A stretch of 64,000 bases of DNA from Candidatus Latescibacterota bacterium (GTDB lineage Bacteria; Latescibacterota; UBA2968; GCA-2709665). The translations under genes were made by a program, and so were the position numbers. The stretch spans positions 672,001 to 736,000 of the forward strand of contig OZ241917.1 of the NCBI GenBank assembly GCA_965203805.1, given 5' to 3'. How positions within the stretch are numbered: the stretch's first letter is position 1; each line of letters begins with the position of its first letter. Below the pieces are notes generated by a model, which did not search any database, had not been told where the DNA came from, and saw nothing but the letters and a program-made list of their open reading frames with translations. This document shows positions 9,223-18,824 of the stretch, one piece after another.

Positions 9223-11625
9223 TCAGGGCGACGACACGTCGAGACTTACATCCCTGAACGTCAGCCTCGTGCCGGAAACGGCCGCGTGAGAGAGGTAAGC
9301 GCCGTCCGAGCCGGTCCTGATGACAGCGCAAATCGCATCCGTGCCAACGTCGCCCGCGCCGAACGTGCGGTAGGACCCGTCGGAAATGATGATGTGGTCC
9401 ACAACGCCACCGTGTTCCACGATCAGGTACGCGGTTCCCCCCGGCCCCTCGTTCTCGCCGCGGCGAACGCCCACTTTGGGCAGCGGCATTTGCCGGAAGG
9501 GATAGAGGACCACCACGAGGCCGTCCACATGGCCGTCGCCGGAGGTCGTCACGTCGAGTGCGGCCCACCGGATGGGCCGCCGGGCGGGGCGCTGGTTCGG
9601 AATGCCGCCCAGATGCGCCATTCCGGTGCCAAGTCGAATGGCAGGGGCATCGGGCGTGGCCACGTACAGACCGGGCGCTCCGGTCGAATACACGGCGGTT
9701 CCGCCTCGCTGCAGCGAGGTGGGGGAGTGCAGCACGAAAGATGCCTTTCGACGTTGGGGGTCTGAGGAGAACGCATCGAATATCAGGAAGTACGGATCCG
9801 CCTCCCGCGCGGGCGCCCCGGGTTTCACGAACAGGAAATGCCGTCGATGGCGGACACCCAGTGATCGGTAACCCTGGTGTTCAGCGGCAAAGTAGTCGAT
9901 ACCTTCCTGGTGGCTCCAGACGGGTTTCTCGCCGACGGCAATCCTGCGATCCAGGTTCGCGTCGTCAATCACGAGCATATTGTGCGCCATGGACGTCTTG
10001 TACCAGGGGCGGTGGAGCGGGTCGTCGTAGCTGACACCGATCCCGGCGTCGACGGCCAGCGCGCTGCCGTACGCGAAGAGTTCGAAACTGAGGACGTCCG
10101 GATGGGAATGGCCGCCGCCATACTCCCCGTAGTTGATGACCAGATAAGGACTCTCCGGCGTCCAATCCTTGCGCATCACGGCGAAGCCCGACGGCCTGAA
10201 ATCCATCGACGTTTCGGCGGGCGGCTCGACGGGGTCGTCGATGTCGGCGCCGAGAAGATTCCTGGCCACCCACAGCATGTCAGGCCGATCGAAGGCGCGT
10301 CCGCCATCGATAAGGATGTTCCGGTCGAACCGGCCCCTGCCGCCGTCGTTGACGGCAGGCTGAGTGCCGAGGGGGCTGATCAGGTACATCCAGTGGTTCA
10401 GCGTGCGTTCCAGCGGCGGACGCAGGGCGGCCGCGCGGTCTTCATGGCCGCCGAACTGCTCAAGGAGGTAGGCCAGGTTTCGCGGGTCTCGGTAGACGAT
10501 TGTGGAATAGCTGGACGGGCAACGCTCGGAATGGCAACCGTCTTCATAGAAGTCTTTCTGAAGGTGCTCTTCGATCCGGTACACGCCCTGCGAGGTCCAC
10601 CGTTGCGACTCCCTGAACTCCGGCAGGTTGAGGCCCAGCTCCGCCAGGGCGTACGAGCCCATTACCTGCCAGTTGCCCGAACGATACCCCTGCTTTTCCA
10701 GTTCGTACAGCCAGCGTGCGGACCCGAGGAAGTTTTTCAGAATCCGCTCGTGAGTCCGTACCGAAAGCCGTCCGCGGTTAAGGCGGTAGAATTCCAGGAA
10801 TACGCGGTTCCGCCGTGACCCGAGGCCGAGTTCATACCAGATGGGGTCCAGGTGCGTGTATGCGCCCTCAACGTCGTCCCGCTGCTCGTACCACTGATTG
10901 AAGAGTTTGTCGAAGGCATCCAGGTACTTCGTGTCCCGCGTGCCCAAGTACGCCCACAGGAGCGGACCCGACCAACCCCAATAGTGAAATCCGTATTTTC
11001 CGCTTCTGCCGTAATCCGCGTTGAAATCCACGACAGGGCCATGCTGGATCGTGACGCCGCCCCAACCCGTGATGTTGTGCGCGGCCACGCGGTCCGCCGC
11101 CGCCGTATAGTTTCTCGTGCTGAAGTACTGGAACGCCTCTTCAATCGTGTAGTAAGGGACGCCGATGTTGATATAGGCGAACCCGGGTCGGGTGTCCCAA
11201 TAGGTTCCCCAAGCCTTGTAGGCGGCGGCGTAGTCCCCCCGGTCGACGGCGCGTCTCACGTCCTCGAGTCCGGCGCGCGTCAGATCCATCGCGGCGAAGA
11301 GATCGGGATCGCTGATGTGCTTGATCTGCTGATCAAGATAGACCGGATCTTCGCGGAGATCGGCTCTGGCCGCACCAAAGGCCTCTGCAAAGAGAATGAA
11401 GTCACGGAAGCCGACCTGCCCGTCGAGGTTCAAATCGAAACGGTCGTCGAAGGTGTCGTCGGACCGGGACGTACCATAATTCCGGGCAAAGGCGACGAAA
11501 TCCGCGAAGCCCACGAGACCGTCGCCGTCGAAGTCTCCGGACAAACCGGGCCAGGCGGTGGAGAACACCAGTGCGACGACAAGAAATGGTACAAAACACT
11601 TCTTGATCAGGTTTCCAGGGATCAT
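9223..11625 (-). CDS. Secreted heparinase II/III-like polysaccharide lyase with N-terminal EF-hand/dockerin-like pair (copy B)
   Basis: Signal peptide, GDFDGDGLVGFADF / DLNLDGQVGFRDF Ca-binding pair, GNWQ, DGCHSE, GGHSHPD, AHNMLVID motifs. Start placed at ATG 11625 (the ORF is open to 11775). Confidence 0.8.
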   Translation of the reverse strand: MIPGNLIKKCFVPFLVVALVFSTAWPGLSGDFDGDGLVGFADFVAFARNYGTSRSDDTFDDRFDLNLDGQVGFRDFILFAEAFGAARADLREDPVYLDQQIKHISDPDLFAAMDLTRAGLEDVRRAVDRGDYAAAYKAWGTYWDTRPGFAYINIGVPYYTIEEAFQYFSTRNYTAAADRVAAHNITGWGGVTIQHGPVVDFNADYGRSGKYGFHYWGWSGPLLWAYLGTRDTKYLDAFDKLFNQWYEQRDDVEGAYTHLDPIWYELGLGSRRNRVFLEFYRLNRGRLSVRTHERILKNFLGSARWLYELEKQGYRSGNWQVMGSYALAELGLNLPEFRESQRWTSQGVYRIEEHLQKDFYEDGCHSERCPSSYSTIVYRDPRNLAYLLEQFGGHEDRAAALRPPLERTLNHWMYLISPLGTQPAVNDGGRGRFDRNILIDGGRAFDRPDMLWVARNLLGADIDDPVEPPAETSMDFRPSGFAVMRKDWTPESPYLVINYGEYGGGHSHPDVLSFELFAYGSALAVDAGIGVSYDDPLHRPWYKTSMAHNMLVIDDANLDRRIAVGEKPVWSHQEGIDYFAAEHQGYRSLGVRHRRHFLFVKPGAPAREADPYFLIFDAFSSDPQRRKASFVLHSPTSLQRGGTAVYSTGAPGLYVATPDAPAIRLGTGMAHLGGIPNQRPARRPIRWAALDVTTSGDGHVDGLVVVLYPFRQMPLPKVGVRRGENEGPGGTAYLIVEHGGVVDHIIISDGSYRTFGAGDVGTDAICAVIRTGSDGAYLSHAAVSGTRLTFRDVSLDVSSP

Positions 11626-11919
11626 CGCGTACTCGATATGATTGGCTGTCCGGTTCAAAACCACGGAGGCAGTCGTCGCAAGGTAGGGAAAGTGCGATGT
11701 GCTCATGCAAAGCGACCCGCAAAATCGAATTAAGGTTTGCCAGCGAGACATTCTCCAGACGCAGTCGGTTTGCAAAGCGCTCCAAGACTTAGCTCGATAC
11801 GAGAAATCGCTGGCGTATCGCTGTTAAGGGTTGATTGGACGATAATTAGCGTCTATGACCGCGGAGTTCAGTCCCACCAGTCGTGCAGGGATATTGGTGC
11901 AATAGTACCCGATTATTTC

Positions 11920-13305
11920 TCAATTATCCTCCTCTGCCTGATGGTTGTGGTATGAACACAATGACCCAGAGCCCCACCCACCAGTCTCGACACCAGAGGA
12001 CTCAATGGCAGCTTCGATTCGCTCGTGGGCGTCGTCAATTTCGGCCTCTGAGACGTCATAGTGTTGCACTGCGTTCTCTGCGAATGAGTAAGAGTCAACT
12101 ATGGTGTCACCACATATTGCGCAATAATTCACTGCGCCAAGGGCGAATGCCCATTCTTCAATGTGGTTGATGCCAGATGAGGACTCTATCCGCTCGATGA
12201 GATCTTCAATTCCGGACGGAAGTGACGAAAGCATTTCTCGCTTAGCGAATTGCTCAATCTTCTCAAGCGAGCGATGCGCCTCCTTTCTTACCCACATGAT
12301 TGCCTTTTCATCGCCTCTTGCGACGGCGTAAAGTGATGCTAGAAACACATCCTCGTTATCAATGCCAATTCCCAATACAGATCCATGGGCTTCTTCCGCT
12401 CTTTCACGAAAACTCTGACGATCAAGAACATCCCGAAGCTTCTCAAGCGTGGTAATATTGAGGTTCCTGCAGAGATTGAGAGCCATCCTAACCGTGTAGT
12501 CCGATGGGCTTCTTCCAAAGACCTCCCGGAATACAAACGCCAATCCTTGTAGCGAAACACGTCCCAAGTCCCGCGTGGTTTCGCTGTACCCGGTTTTCCG
12601 TTTCACCCGAATACGGATGGCGCTAGCAATCTTATCGGCAGCAGCCAATAACTCAGCAAGGTCGGTGACACGTGCACGTAGGTCTTCGGGTAGATTCGGC
12701 TGTTTATAGATGTCATTGTGAGAGAGGTGTGCCCAAGCGTGCTGCAGACACGATTGAATTTGTACTTCACACGGTACGAATGTACGAATGTGCGTGCCAA
12801 GGGCTAACCGAAAGTTCACGTGAAGTGCCCTATAGCCCGTGGCTTGGGGCTCCGTGACGTAATCTTGGACACTATAACCAACACCTTGAAATAGGTCCAT
12901 AGGAATACACTCCTTAAGCAGTTCCGAGAAACGGTAGACGTCTTCTATATTGTTGCAGACTACTCTGCCGCCTATGATGTCACCGCAGCACGTGAGCGCT
13001 TGATCCGAGTCCCATCCCATTTTCACAGCTTTCTGCTTTAGGCTAGCGAGTTCTTTTATTCGGATTGGGCGAACTTCCGCACGGACGAGGGTCTTGTCTT
13101 CAATCATTTTGACAGCCGACTCAAGAATATTCTGCATGCGCTTTGCCGCGGAACTAAAGAGTCGAGCCCTTGCCGTATATTTTTCGTGCAGATCGTGCAG
13201 GCACTTTGACATTGGCAAATCCCCGGAAATCTTGGTCGTATATAACTCAACGTTACATAACTTCCGTTTCTCAACTTCTGGTGTAAATCTGGGTATGTCC
13301 CACAT
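11920..13305 (-). CDS. RelA/SpoT-family (p)ppGpp/(p)ppApp synthetase domain protein with uncharacterised C-terminal region
   Basis: RIKELASLKQK, DIIGGRVVC, GYRALH, EVQIQSCLQHAWAHLSHNDIYK synthetase motifs; no HD hydrolase domain; C-terminal CAIC...CSYH. Start uncertain (13305 or ~13212). Confidence 0.85.
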   Translation of the reverse strand: MWDIPRFTPEVEKRKLCNVELYTTKISGDLPMSKCLHDLHEKYTARARLFSSAAKRMQNILESAVKMIEDKTLVRAEVRPIRIKELASLKQKAVKMGWDSDQALTCCGDIIGGRVVCNNIEDVYRFSELLKECIPMDLFQGVGYSVQDYVTEPQATGYRALHVNFRLALGTHIRTFVPCEVQIQSCLQHAWAHLSHNDIYKQPNLPEDLRARVTDLAELLAAADKIASAIRIRVKRKTGYSETTRDLGRVSLQGLAFVFREVFGRSPSDYTVRMALNLCRNLNITTLEKLRDVLDRQSFRERAEEAHGSVLGIGIDNEDVFLASLYAVARGDEKAIMWVRKEAHRSLEKIEQFAKREMLSSLPSGIEDLIERIESSSGINHIEEWAFALGAVNYCAICGDTIVDSYSFAENAVQHYDVSEAEIDDAHERIEAAIESSGVETGGWGSGSLCSYHNHQAEEDN

Positions 13306-13420
13306 CGACTCCCGTTATCGATATATCGGTCGGTCGCACCCTGAGGAGCCGATGCCTAACGAGTATCAGGCTTGTTCTATTCGGTTATCCTTGAGGTTCC
13401 TTCATACGACGCTTGTTCGG

Positions 13421-13756
13421 TTATTCAAAGACCGGCTTCGAGACGTAGGCGACCCGCTTTCGGCCAGCGTAGTACTTCGTCCAGTCCGGTACATGAACCG
13501 TCATCAATGCCTTGAACAGTTTCCCGTGATTTGGGACGCGCAGATGTAACAACTCGTGTGCAATGACGAAGTCCTGGAATCCCTGTTCCTGATCTGCCAG
13601 ATCCACCGCTAGAGTCACGATGCCCGACGTCGAACAGGAACCCCATTTCCTTGTCATTCGCTGTACGCGGACAATTCTTGGCCGGACACCCAGTTTGTGG
13701 ACCCAGCAATCCACCCGACTGCGAATGGAACGACGACTTTCCTCAATAGAGCTCAT
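13421..13756 (-). CDS. Short YgjP/DUF45-like (M48 family) zinc metallopeptidase
   Basis: KWGSCS and HELLHL...H motifs; overlaps the hsdR stop, the usual position for this family. Confidence 0.8.
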   Translation of the reverse strand: MSSIEESRRSIRSRVDCWVHKLGVRPRIVRVQRMTRKWGSCSTSGIVTLAVDLADQEQGFQDFVIAHELLHLRVPNHGKLFKALMTVHVPDWTKYYAGRKRVAYVSKPVFE

Positions 13757-16688
13757 CTGTGCCAAGTAGAATCCCAATTGCCGTTTCTACAATCCGGGTA
13801 CGTTCATCTCCATCTACTCCGAGTAGCGGACGATAGAGGGCAGCCCGAAATCTTCGTTGCTCGTCGACATTGATTGCGGCATTCGGAAAACGTTCGAGCA
13901 GGGTCTCTGCCTCACGAGCCAGGTTTTCGGCGGTTATTCCAGCAGCCGCTAGAGATTCGTCCTTCCTGAGCGTCCAGAACAACCCGAATGCACGAGTCGA
14001 AAAACCACTGTCTTTCGCGGCTCTTTCCGCCTCTTCTTTTTCTCTTGCCATCGCTGCCAGCTGCTCCATCGCCGCAAAGCTGGACGCATTCCGGTTCTGA
14101 AGATCCTCAAGGATGTGTTCGGCACGATCCTTGAGTGGTCGAAGAATCGGCGCCTTTTCAGGATCACCGTTGATTTCGTCTTGCAGGCCCCGCACCAGGT
14201 TGAACACCTTGGCCTCATCGGCGCCCGACTCATGTCGAAGCGCCTCGACGGTCGATGCATCAAAAGTTACCTCTTTAATCACATCTTCTAAACCTCCCTG
14301 GGTAACGCTGTCCTGCACCAGGCTTACGGTCTTCAGGCCGAGAGGCGCGTCATAGGTGACGTTTGTCTTATAGGCATTCACGAGTACCGTATACAATTGT
14401 GCAAGCTGCTTATAGGTACCAATGTGGTCGCGAAGTTCACGGGATGGGGACAAGATCTCCCACAACGCTTCGATCTCCTTGTAAACTTGAAAGTACGCCT
14501 TGCGCGACTCGGGATCCAGGAAACGACCGTAGACGACTTCCTCAAGCCGCTCATCCGCGCTCCCACTGTCTGGCTCACGAAGATATTCGGTTTTCGCCCA
14601 CTCGATCTTGTTTAGACAGTCCTCGATAAGGAGATCGAGATCCTCAATTACTCCGCTGACGTCGGTCGAGTCGAACCGGAGTGCTTTCTTCAGTTCCCGC
14701 AATACGCCCACGAAGTCAACGACGAGGCCAATTCCCTTGCCGACACCGATTGCGTCAACGTGTGGGCGATTGACGCGCGCGATTGCTTGCAGAAGTACAT
14801 GGTCTCGCATTGGTTTGTCGAGGTACATGCAATAGAGAAGGGACGCATCGTAGCCTGTGAGTAGCTTGTCGGTTACAATCAGGATCTTTGGATTCTCATC
14901 CGCCTTCTTGAATAAGAGGCGTACGTTCTCCTCGTGTTCCGTCGATAGCTGCAACTGTGCGACGAGCGGACGTTCTATGGCGTCGGCCGGGTTTTCGGTG
15001 TACACCGCCTCCGACCACTCGGACGGCAGGTGCTTGTCCAGTGCGCGCTTATATTTCGCGCAAGCCTCGCGGTTTACGCCCACAAGAAACGCCTTGTAAC
15101 CAAGCGGTAACACGTTTTCCTTAAAGTGCTTGGCGACGAACGCAGCAACCTTCTCGATTCTGACGTCAGCCGTGAGGAAAGTACGCAGGCCGACAGCTCG
15201 ATCAAGAACCTTGTTTAGTTCCACGACATCGGTAACGCCTTCCGACTCTGCCAATTCGAAGAATTCCTTGTCAAGTCGGTCGACCGGTACGGTCATTTCA
15301 CTCGGCGCCATCGTATGGCGGAGTGGAAGCGTGGTTTCATCTTCAATCGACTCGGCGATGGAGTACTTGTCGAGATAACCCAACTCGTCGTCGACACCGA
15401 AGATCTTGAAGGTGCCTTCGCCCTGGTCAGTCTTCGCGATCGGTGTGCCGGTGAATCCGATGATGGTTGCATTCGGAATTGCTGCCATCATGTACGTGCC
15501 GAGATCCCTGGCGACCGACCGATGGGCTTCGTCGATGAACACGTAGATGTTGTCGCGTGTGTTCGTGTTTTTGTCGATCCCCTCGAATTTGTGGATCATC
15601 GATATGATCAGGCCCCGTTTGTCGGCTTCCAGTAATTCCTGTACTTGCTTCTTCGAACTTGACCGCCAGACGGCAATGTCCTGCTTCTGCATCTCGCCCA
15701 ACAACCGATCGACCCAGCCCTTGAGCTGTCCTTCGATTTCCGTTCGGTCGACAACCGCGACCACTGTCGGTGTGCGAAACCGGTCCTTGCGTTCCAAAAT
15801 CAATCTCGCTGCGGTGAGCAGCGTAAAGGTTTTGCCCGAACCCTGGGTATGCCAGATAAGCCCGCGGCGTTTCACAGACTCGGAACAGCGCTCGACAATG
15901 CGATCGATCGCACGCCGTTGATGCTGGCGCAGCACCGATTTGCGTGTTTCACCGTCTTCTACGTAAAAAAGGATCCAATCCCGTAGCGTGCGGAGGAAAT
16001 CCGTCGGTTCAAAGAACGACTGGACTGCGAATCGGTAGCTCTCCTCTGGCCGTTCCTTCCAGCGCGCCATGAAACGCCTGTTGGCGTTCCAGGTCACGCC
16101 ATACCAGTAATCCAGGAGATGCGTCACGTTGAAGAGTTGCGCCGCGCCGATCAGTTCGGGCGTCTCCGCCTCGTAACGTTTGAGTTGGGTGATCCCGCGC
16201 TCAATAGCGTTGCTGTCTTTCGGATTCTTGTGTTCAACGATGGCAACCGGAACGCCATTGACGACGAACATCACATCTGCCCGGTTGCTCTTTCGGGCAG
16301 GCGGTTTAAGCCGCCATTCCCATGTGACGTGGCGGACGTTTTCGCCGGGTTGATCGAAGTCGATGATTTGTACGCGACGGTTCCGACGCTCAACCTCGTC
16401 GTAAAACTGACGCTCCCCGCGTAGCCAGGAAAGCATCTCGCGGTTGCCCTCAATCGTCGACGGTACCGCCTCAAACCGCTCGACCACGGAGCGAATGGCC
16501 TCGTCCGTCATCCAGGGGTTGAACCGCCGCAGTGCGCCCTCCAAGTCGTCCTTGAACAACACCCCGGTCTCGCCGCTCCGCTTGCGCAGAGCCTCCTTGG
16601 GGGAGATGGGTTTCCACCCGACCTCGGACGCGTGACGGACCATCGGGAACTGGACGGCATCTGCTTCAGTTACGTTGAACTCGGTCAT
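13743..16688 (-). CDS. hsdR: Type I restriction endonuclease subunit R
   Basis: [18 protein letters not shown] nuclease motif, HTQGSGKT Walker [26 protein letters not shown]. Start placed at ATG 16688. Confidence 0.95.
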   Translation of the reverse strand: MTEFNVTEADAVQFPMVRHASEVGWKPISPKEALRKRSGETGVLFKDDLEGALRRFNPWMTDEAIRSVVERFEAVPSTIEGNREMLSWLRGERQFYDEVERRNRRVQIIDFDQPGENVRHVTWEWRLKPPARKSNRADVMFVVNGVPVAIVEHKNPKDSNAIERGITQLKRYEAETPELIGAAQLFNVTHLLDYWYGVTWNANRRFMARWKERPEESYRFAVQSFFEPTDFLRTLRDWILFYVEDGETRKSVLRQHQRRAIDRIVERCSESVKRRGLIWHTQGSGKTFTLLTAARLILERKDRFRTPTVVAVVDRTEIEGQLKGWVDRLLGEMQKQDIAVWRSSSKKQVQELLEADKRGLIISMIHKFEGIDKNTNTRDNIYVFIDEAHRSVARDLGTYMMAAIPNATIIGFTGTPIAKTDQGEGTFKIFGVDDELGYLDKYSIAESIEDETTLPLRHTMAPSEMTVPVDRLDKEFFELAESEGVTDVVELNKVLDRAVGLRTFLTADVRIEKVAAFVAKHFKENVLPLGYKAFLVGVNREACAKYKRALDKHLPSEWSEAVYTENPADAIERPLVAQLQLSTEHEENVRLLFKKADENPKILIVTDKLLTGYDASLLYCMYLDKPMRDHVLLQAIARVNRPHVDAIGVGKGIGLVVDFVGVLRELKKALRFDSTDVSGVIEDLDLLIEDCLNKIEWAKTEYLREPDSGSADERLEEVVYGRFLDPESRKAYFQVYKEIEALWEILSPSRELRDHIGTYKQLAQLYTVLVNAYKTNVTYDAPLGLKTVSLVQDSVTQGGLEDVIKEVTFDASTVEALRHESGADEAKVFNLVRGLQDEINGDPEKAPILRPLKDRAEHILEDLQNRNASSFAAMEQLAAMAREKEEAERAAKDSGFSTRAFGLFWTLRKDESLAAAGITAENLAREAETLLERFPNAAINVDEQRRFRAALYRPLLGVDGDERTRIVETAIGILLGTDELY

Positions 16689-16939
16689 AGTCGTAAGACA
16701 CCTATAAGAACAATAACGCCCGTATCGCGCCTCCATCGCGTCAGCGGTCCGCGATTCGAGGGGAAAACCAGTCCTTTGTCTCTCAACTCTTCCAGCGCCC
16801 TTCGCACTTGACGCTCACTGACTCCGGAACCCAGACGAGCGTGAATCTCACGGTGCGGGCGCGTCTCAGTCGTGGTCCTGCACTCCAGTGTCTCAGATTC
16901 GCCGGAGGCGACAATGGCTGCGATCTCATCGGGCGTCAT
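16685..16939 (-). pseudogene. Internally deleted AlbA_2/Schlafen-like DNA-binding protein remnant (N-terminal stub joined to C-terminal wHTH)
   Basis: MTPDEIAAIVASGESETLEC resembles the AlbA_2 start (GEsetlEFK) and runs directly into [18 protein letters not shown]...TRW, a wHTH-like tail. Stop overlaps the hsdR ATG. Confidence 0.6.
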
Positions 16940-16946
16940 GATGTAA

Positions 16947-17216
16947 CTAAACCCGCTTGAGGAGCCTGTCGTATTCGTCGTGCGAACCGATCCAGAACCA
17001 TACAATATCTCCCTGGTCCATGACCCCAACGGCACGGTAGTCGATGCTTACTCGAACTGAGTAGACAGGACGCCGCCTGCTCACCCGCTTGAAGTCCAGG
17101 CTGGGGTGATTGGGATTCGATGCAAAGAAGCGGTGGGACTCCCGGGCCTGCCGCTGCACGTGATCTGGAAGGCGTCGATAGGCTTCCCAGAAAGTGTTGT
17201 GCGTAAACGAACGCAC
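16947..17216 (-). CDS. ParE/RelE-superfamily type II toxin
   Basis: 89 aa; FWEAYRRLP, HPSLDFKRV, YSVRVSIDYRAVG, WFWIGSHDEYDRLL. Confidence 0.8.
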   Translation of the reverse strand: MRSFTHNTFWEAYRRLPDHVQRQARESHRFFASNPNHPSLDFKRVSRRRPVYSVRVSIDYRAVGVMDQGDIVWFWIGSHDEYDRLLKRV

Positions 17217-17218
17217 GC

Positions 17219-17443
17219 CTACAGCTCTTCCATAGAGAGAGGTCGAGTCCGCCCTGCATGGTGTTCCGACAAGGCCTCATCGGCCAAGCGTTCCAGTAGG
17301 TTCTCCGACTCAGGCCGGGCAAACAGTTCAATCCATTGCCGCTCTGATTCCAGTTCAGCCAAGACGAAGCGAGCGAATTTATCCTGTTCCGTCTCCGGGA
17401 GTTCGGAAGCTCTCTCAAAGGCTTGCTGAAGAAGCTTGGTCAT
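17219..17443 (-). CDS. Cognate type II antitoxin
   Basis: 74-aa acidic helical protein (MTKLLQQAF...LADEALSEHHAGRTRPL) ending 2 bp upstream of the toxin; GGAG RBS. Confidence 0.75.
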   Translation of the reverse strand: MTKLLQQAFERASELPETEQDKFARFVLAELESERQWIELFARPESENLLERLADEALSEHHAGRTRPLSMEEL

Positions 17444-17605
17444 TTCGTTTTCTCCCTTCTCATCGAACTCGCTTGCCGTCCAATCAAAACACCGTACAAT
17501 GTTACTCCAAACCGCATCGACACCGCAAGAAGCAGCACCCCGCCACGCGCAAACGACACGGCCTCGCGCGCCGATTCAATCAGGTGGTGTAAGCGGATTT
17601 CGTCA

Positions 17606-18396
17606 GTGCGCCGTGAAAAGGCGCGGATCTTCAGTGGGTGAAAGTCCCAACCCGACAAGGGTTGCTTCAGCCTGCCTGCGCCGGATGCTCGGCAGGCAGG
17701 TCGGTAGCAATCGGAGCAGGGACGTAGGCAACGAAATCTCTGAAGCCTCCGGTGTAGAGGGTCGCAAGGCGACTCGGCGAGTATGCGGGCCGAAACGTGA
17801 GTGAACGCTGAGCAGGCCTGGAAAGAGACAGCAACGCGAGCATCCAGCGGTCCCGCCTGCCTGTCCGAGGGACGCAGGCAGGCCGGGGAAATGGCGGAGG
17901 CACGTATACAAGGAGATCCGACGCAACACCTGCCTGCGCCGAGTCCTGCTCGGCAGGCAGGCGGGAAGCCCCAGCGGTGGTGCAGGGACACCAACCGGAC
18001 GCCCGTGAGGGACAGGCCGGGCCGCATGGGGTGGCGGACAGGCTCGTAGTACCCGTGAAGCCGGGTAACGCCGGTGGAGGGAAGGGGCCTGACTTCGGAT
18101 GTGCTTGTGAAGGGGACAACGGTCGGGAGAGTGGCGCAAGCCTATAACCTCCTCCAAAAGTAGACGAGGCGACTCCAGAACAAGCTTGGGCTTCAGGTGA
18201 AGCTGTCCGGGCAGCGCGGTCAGCGTGTGTCTGAAGGCGACGTCCGTCGGAGAGCCGGATGCGGGAAAACCGCACGTCCGGTTCGACGAGCGGGATGTGG
18301 AAACGGGGCACGGAGGGGCTATTGAGGCACCGCCAGACGAAAGGGGCGGAAACGGATAGGCCACTCCTAAACTACCGCGCCACATCCCGACTCTAC
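17606..18396 (+). mobile_element. ORF-less group II intron (791 nt), antisense to the host operon
   Basis: 5' GTGCG at 17606; domain V GAGCCGGATGCGGGAAAACCGCACGTCCGGTTC (18252-18284); long domain VI ending CGACTCTAC at 18396; DIII-like GTAGTACCCGTGAAGCCGGGTAACGCCGGTGGAGGGAAGGG; no RT ORF; removal restores the hepT frame. Confidence 0.9.
17671..17961. repeat. Three REP-like palindromes CCTGCCTG-N(11-17)-CAGGCAGG
   Basis: Copies at 17671-17700, 17856-17882 and 17929-17961 with identical 8-bp inverted arms and variable interiors. Confidence 0.85.
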
Positions 18397-18699
18397 TTAT
18401 TGATCATATTGCACTTCTTCTGTGGCCAGAACGTCTTGCCGAAAATAGGGGCTCAGATCCTCGGGTGCTCGCAGATCCACTTTGCGTCCTGTGAATAATT
18501 CGGATAATTCCAATTCCATGCCGGCAATACCTGGCAGTCCAGGAATGCGATCCGGTTCAAACTACACGAGCACATCTATGGCGCTCTCCGGTCCGAAATT
18601 CTCCCGCAGTACAGAACGAATGACAGAGAGCCGTTTGATGCCGTGCTCCTAGCAGAACAACGTCAGCGCAGTCTCTGATACAGATACCTGTAGGTTCAT
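18397..18699 (-). pseudogene. MNT minimal nucleotidyltransferase (MntA-like antitoxin) pseudogene
   Basis: Translates as MNLQVSVSETALTLFC*EHGIKRLSVIRSVLRENFGPESAIDVLV*FEP...GRKVDL...[13 protein letters not shown] stops at 18651-18649 and 18564-18562; GS/DxD motif decayed. Absent from the ORF track. Confidence 0.8.
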
Positions 18700-18824
18700 T
18701 GCTTTTGCTCTATCATTCCTCCGGCGTTTTCCTTAATGAGGCACTTTCATCATTCGGTCACCCGACGGTTCTAATCGGTCTTTTTGTGTTTATCTTCAGA
18801 CTCCTACGCTGGGGTTGGATCCCA

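Larger units (their letters stand above)
17440..18407 (-). pseudogene. HepT/DUF86 (HEPN RNase toxin) remnant interrupted in codon 4 by a group II intron
   Basis: Joining 18407-18397 to 17605 downward gives in-frame MINNDEIRLHHLIESAREAVSFARG, a DUF86-type N-terminus. It is then truncated (58 aa, no RxxxxH) and overlaps the upstream MNT gene. Confidence 0.7.

Noticed and set aside
17440-18385. ORFs 17603..18385, 17667..18311 and most of 17440..18027 as proteins or an intron-encoded RT
   Set aside because: They are antisense translations of the intron RNA with no YADD or other RT motif. Only the last ~55 codons of 17440..18027 belong to the hepT remnant.
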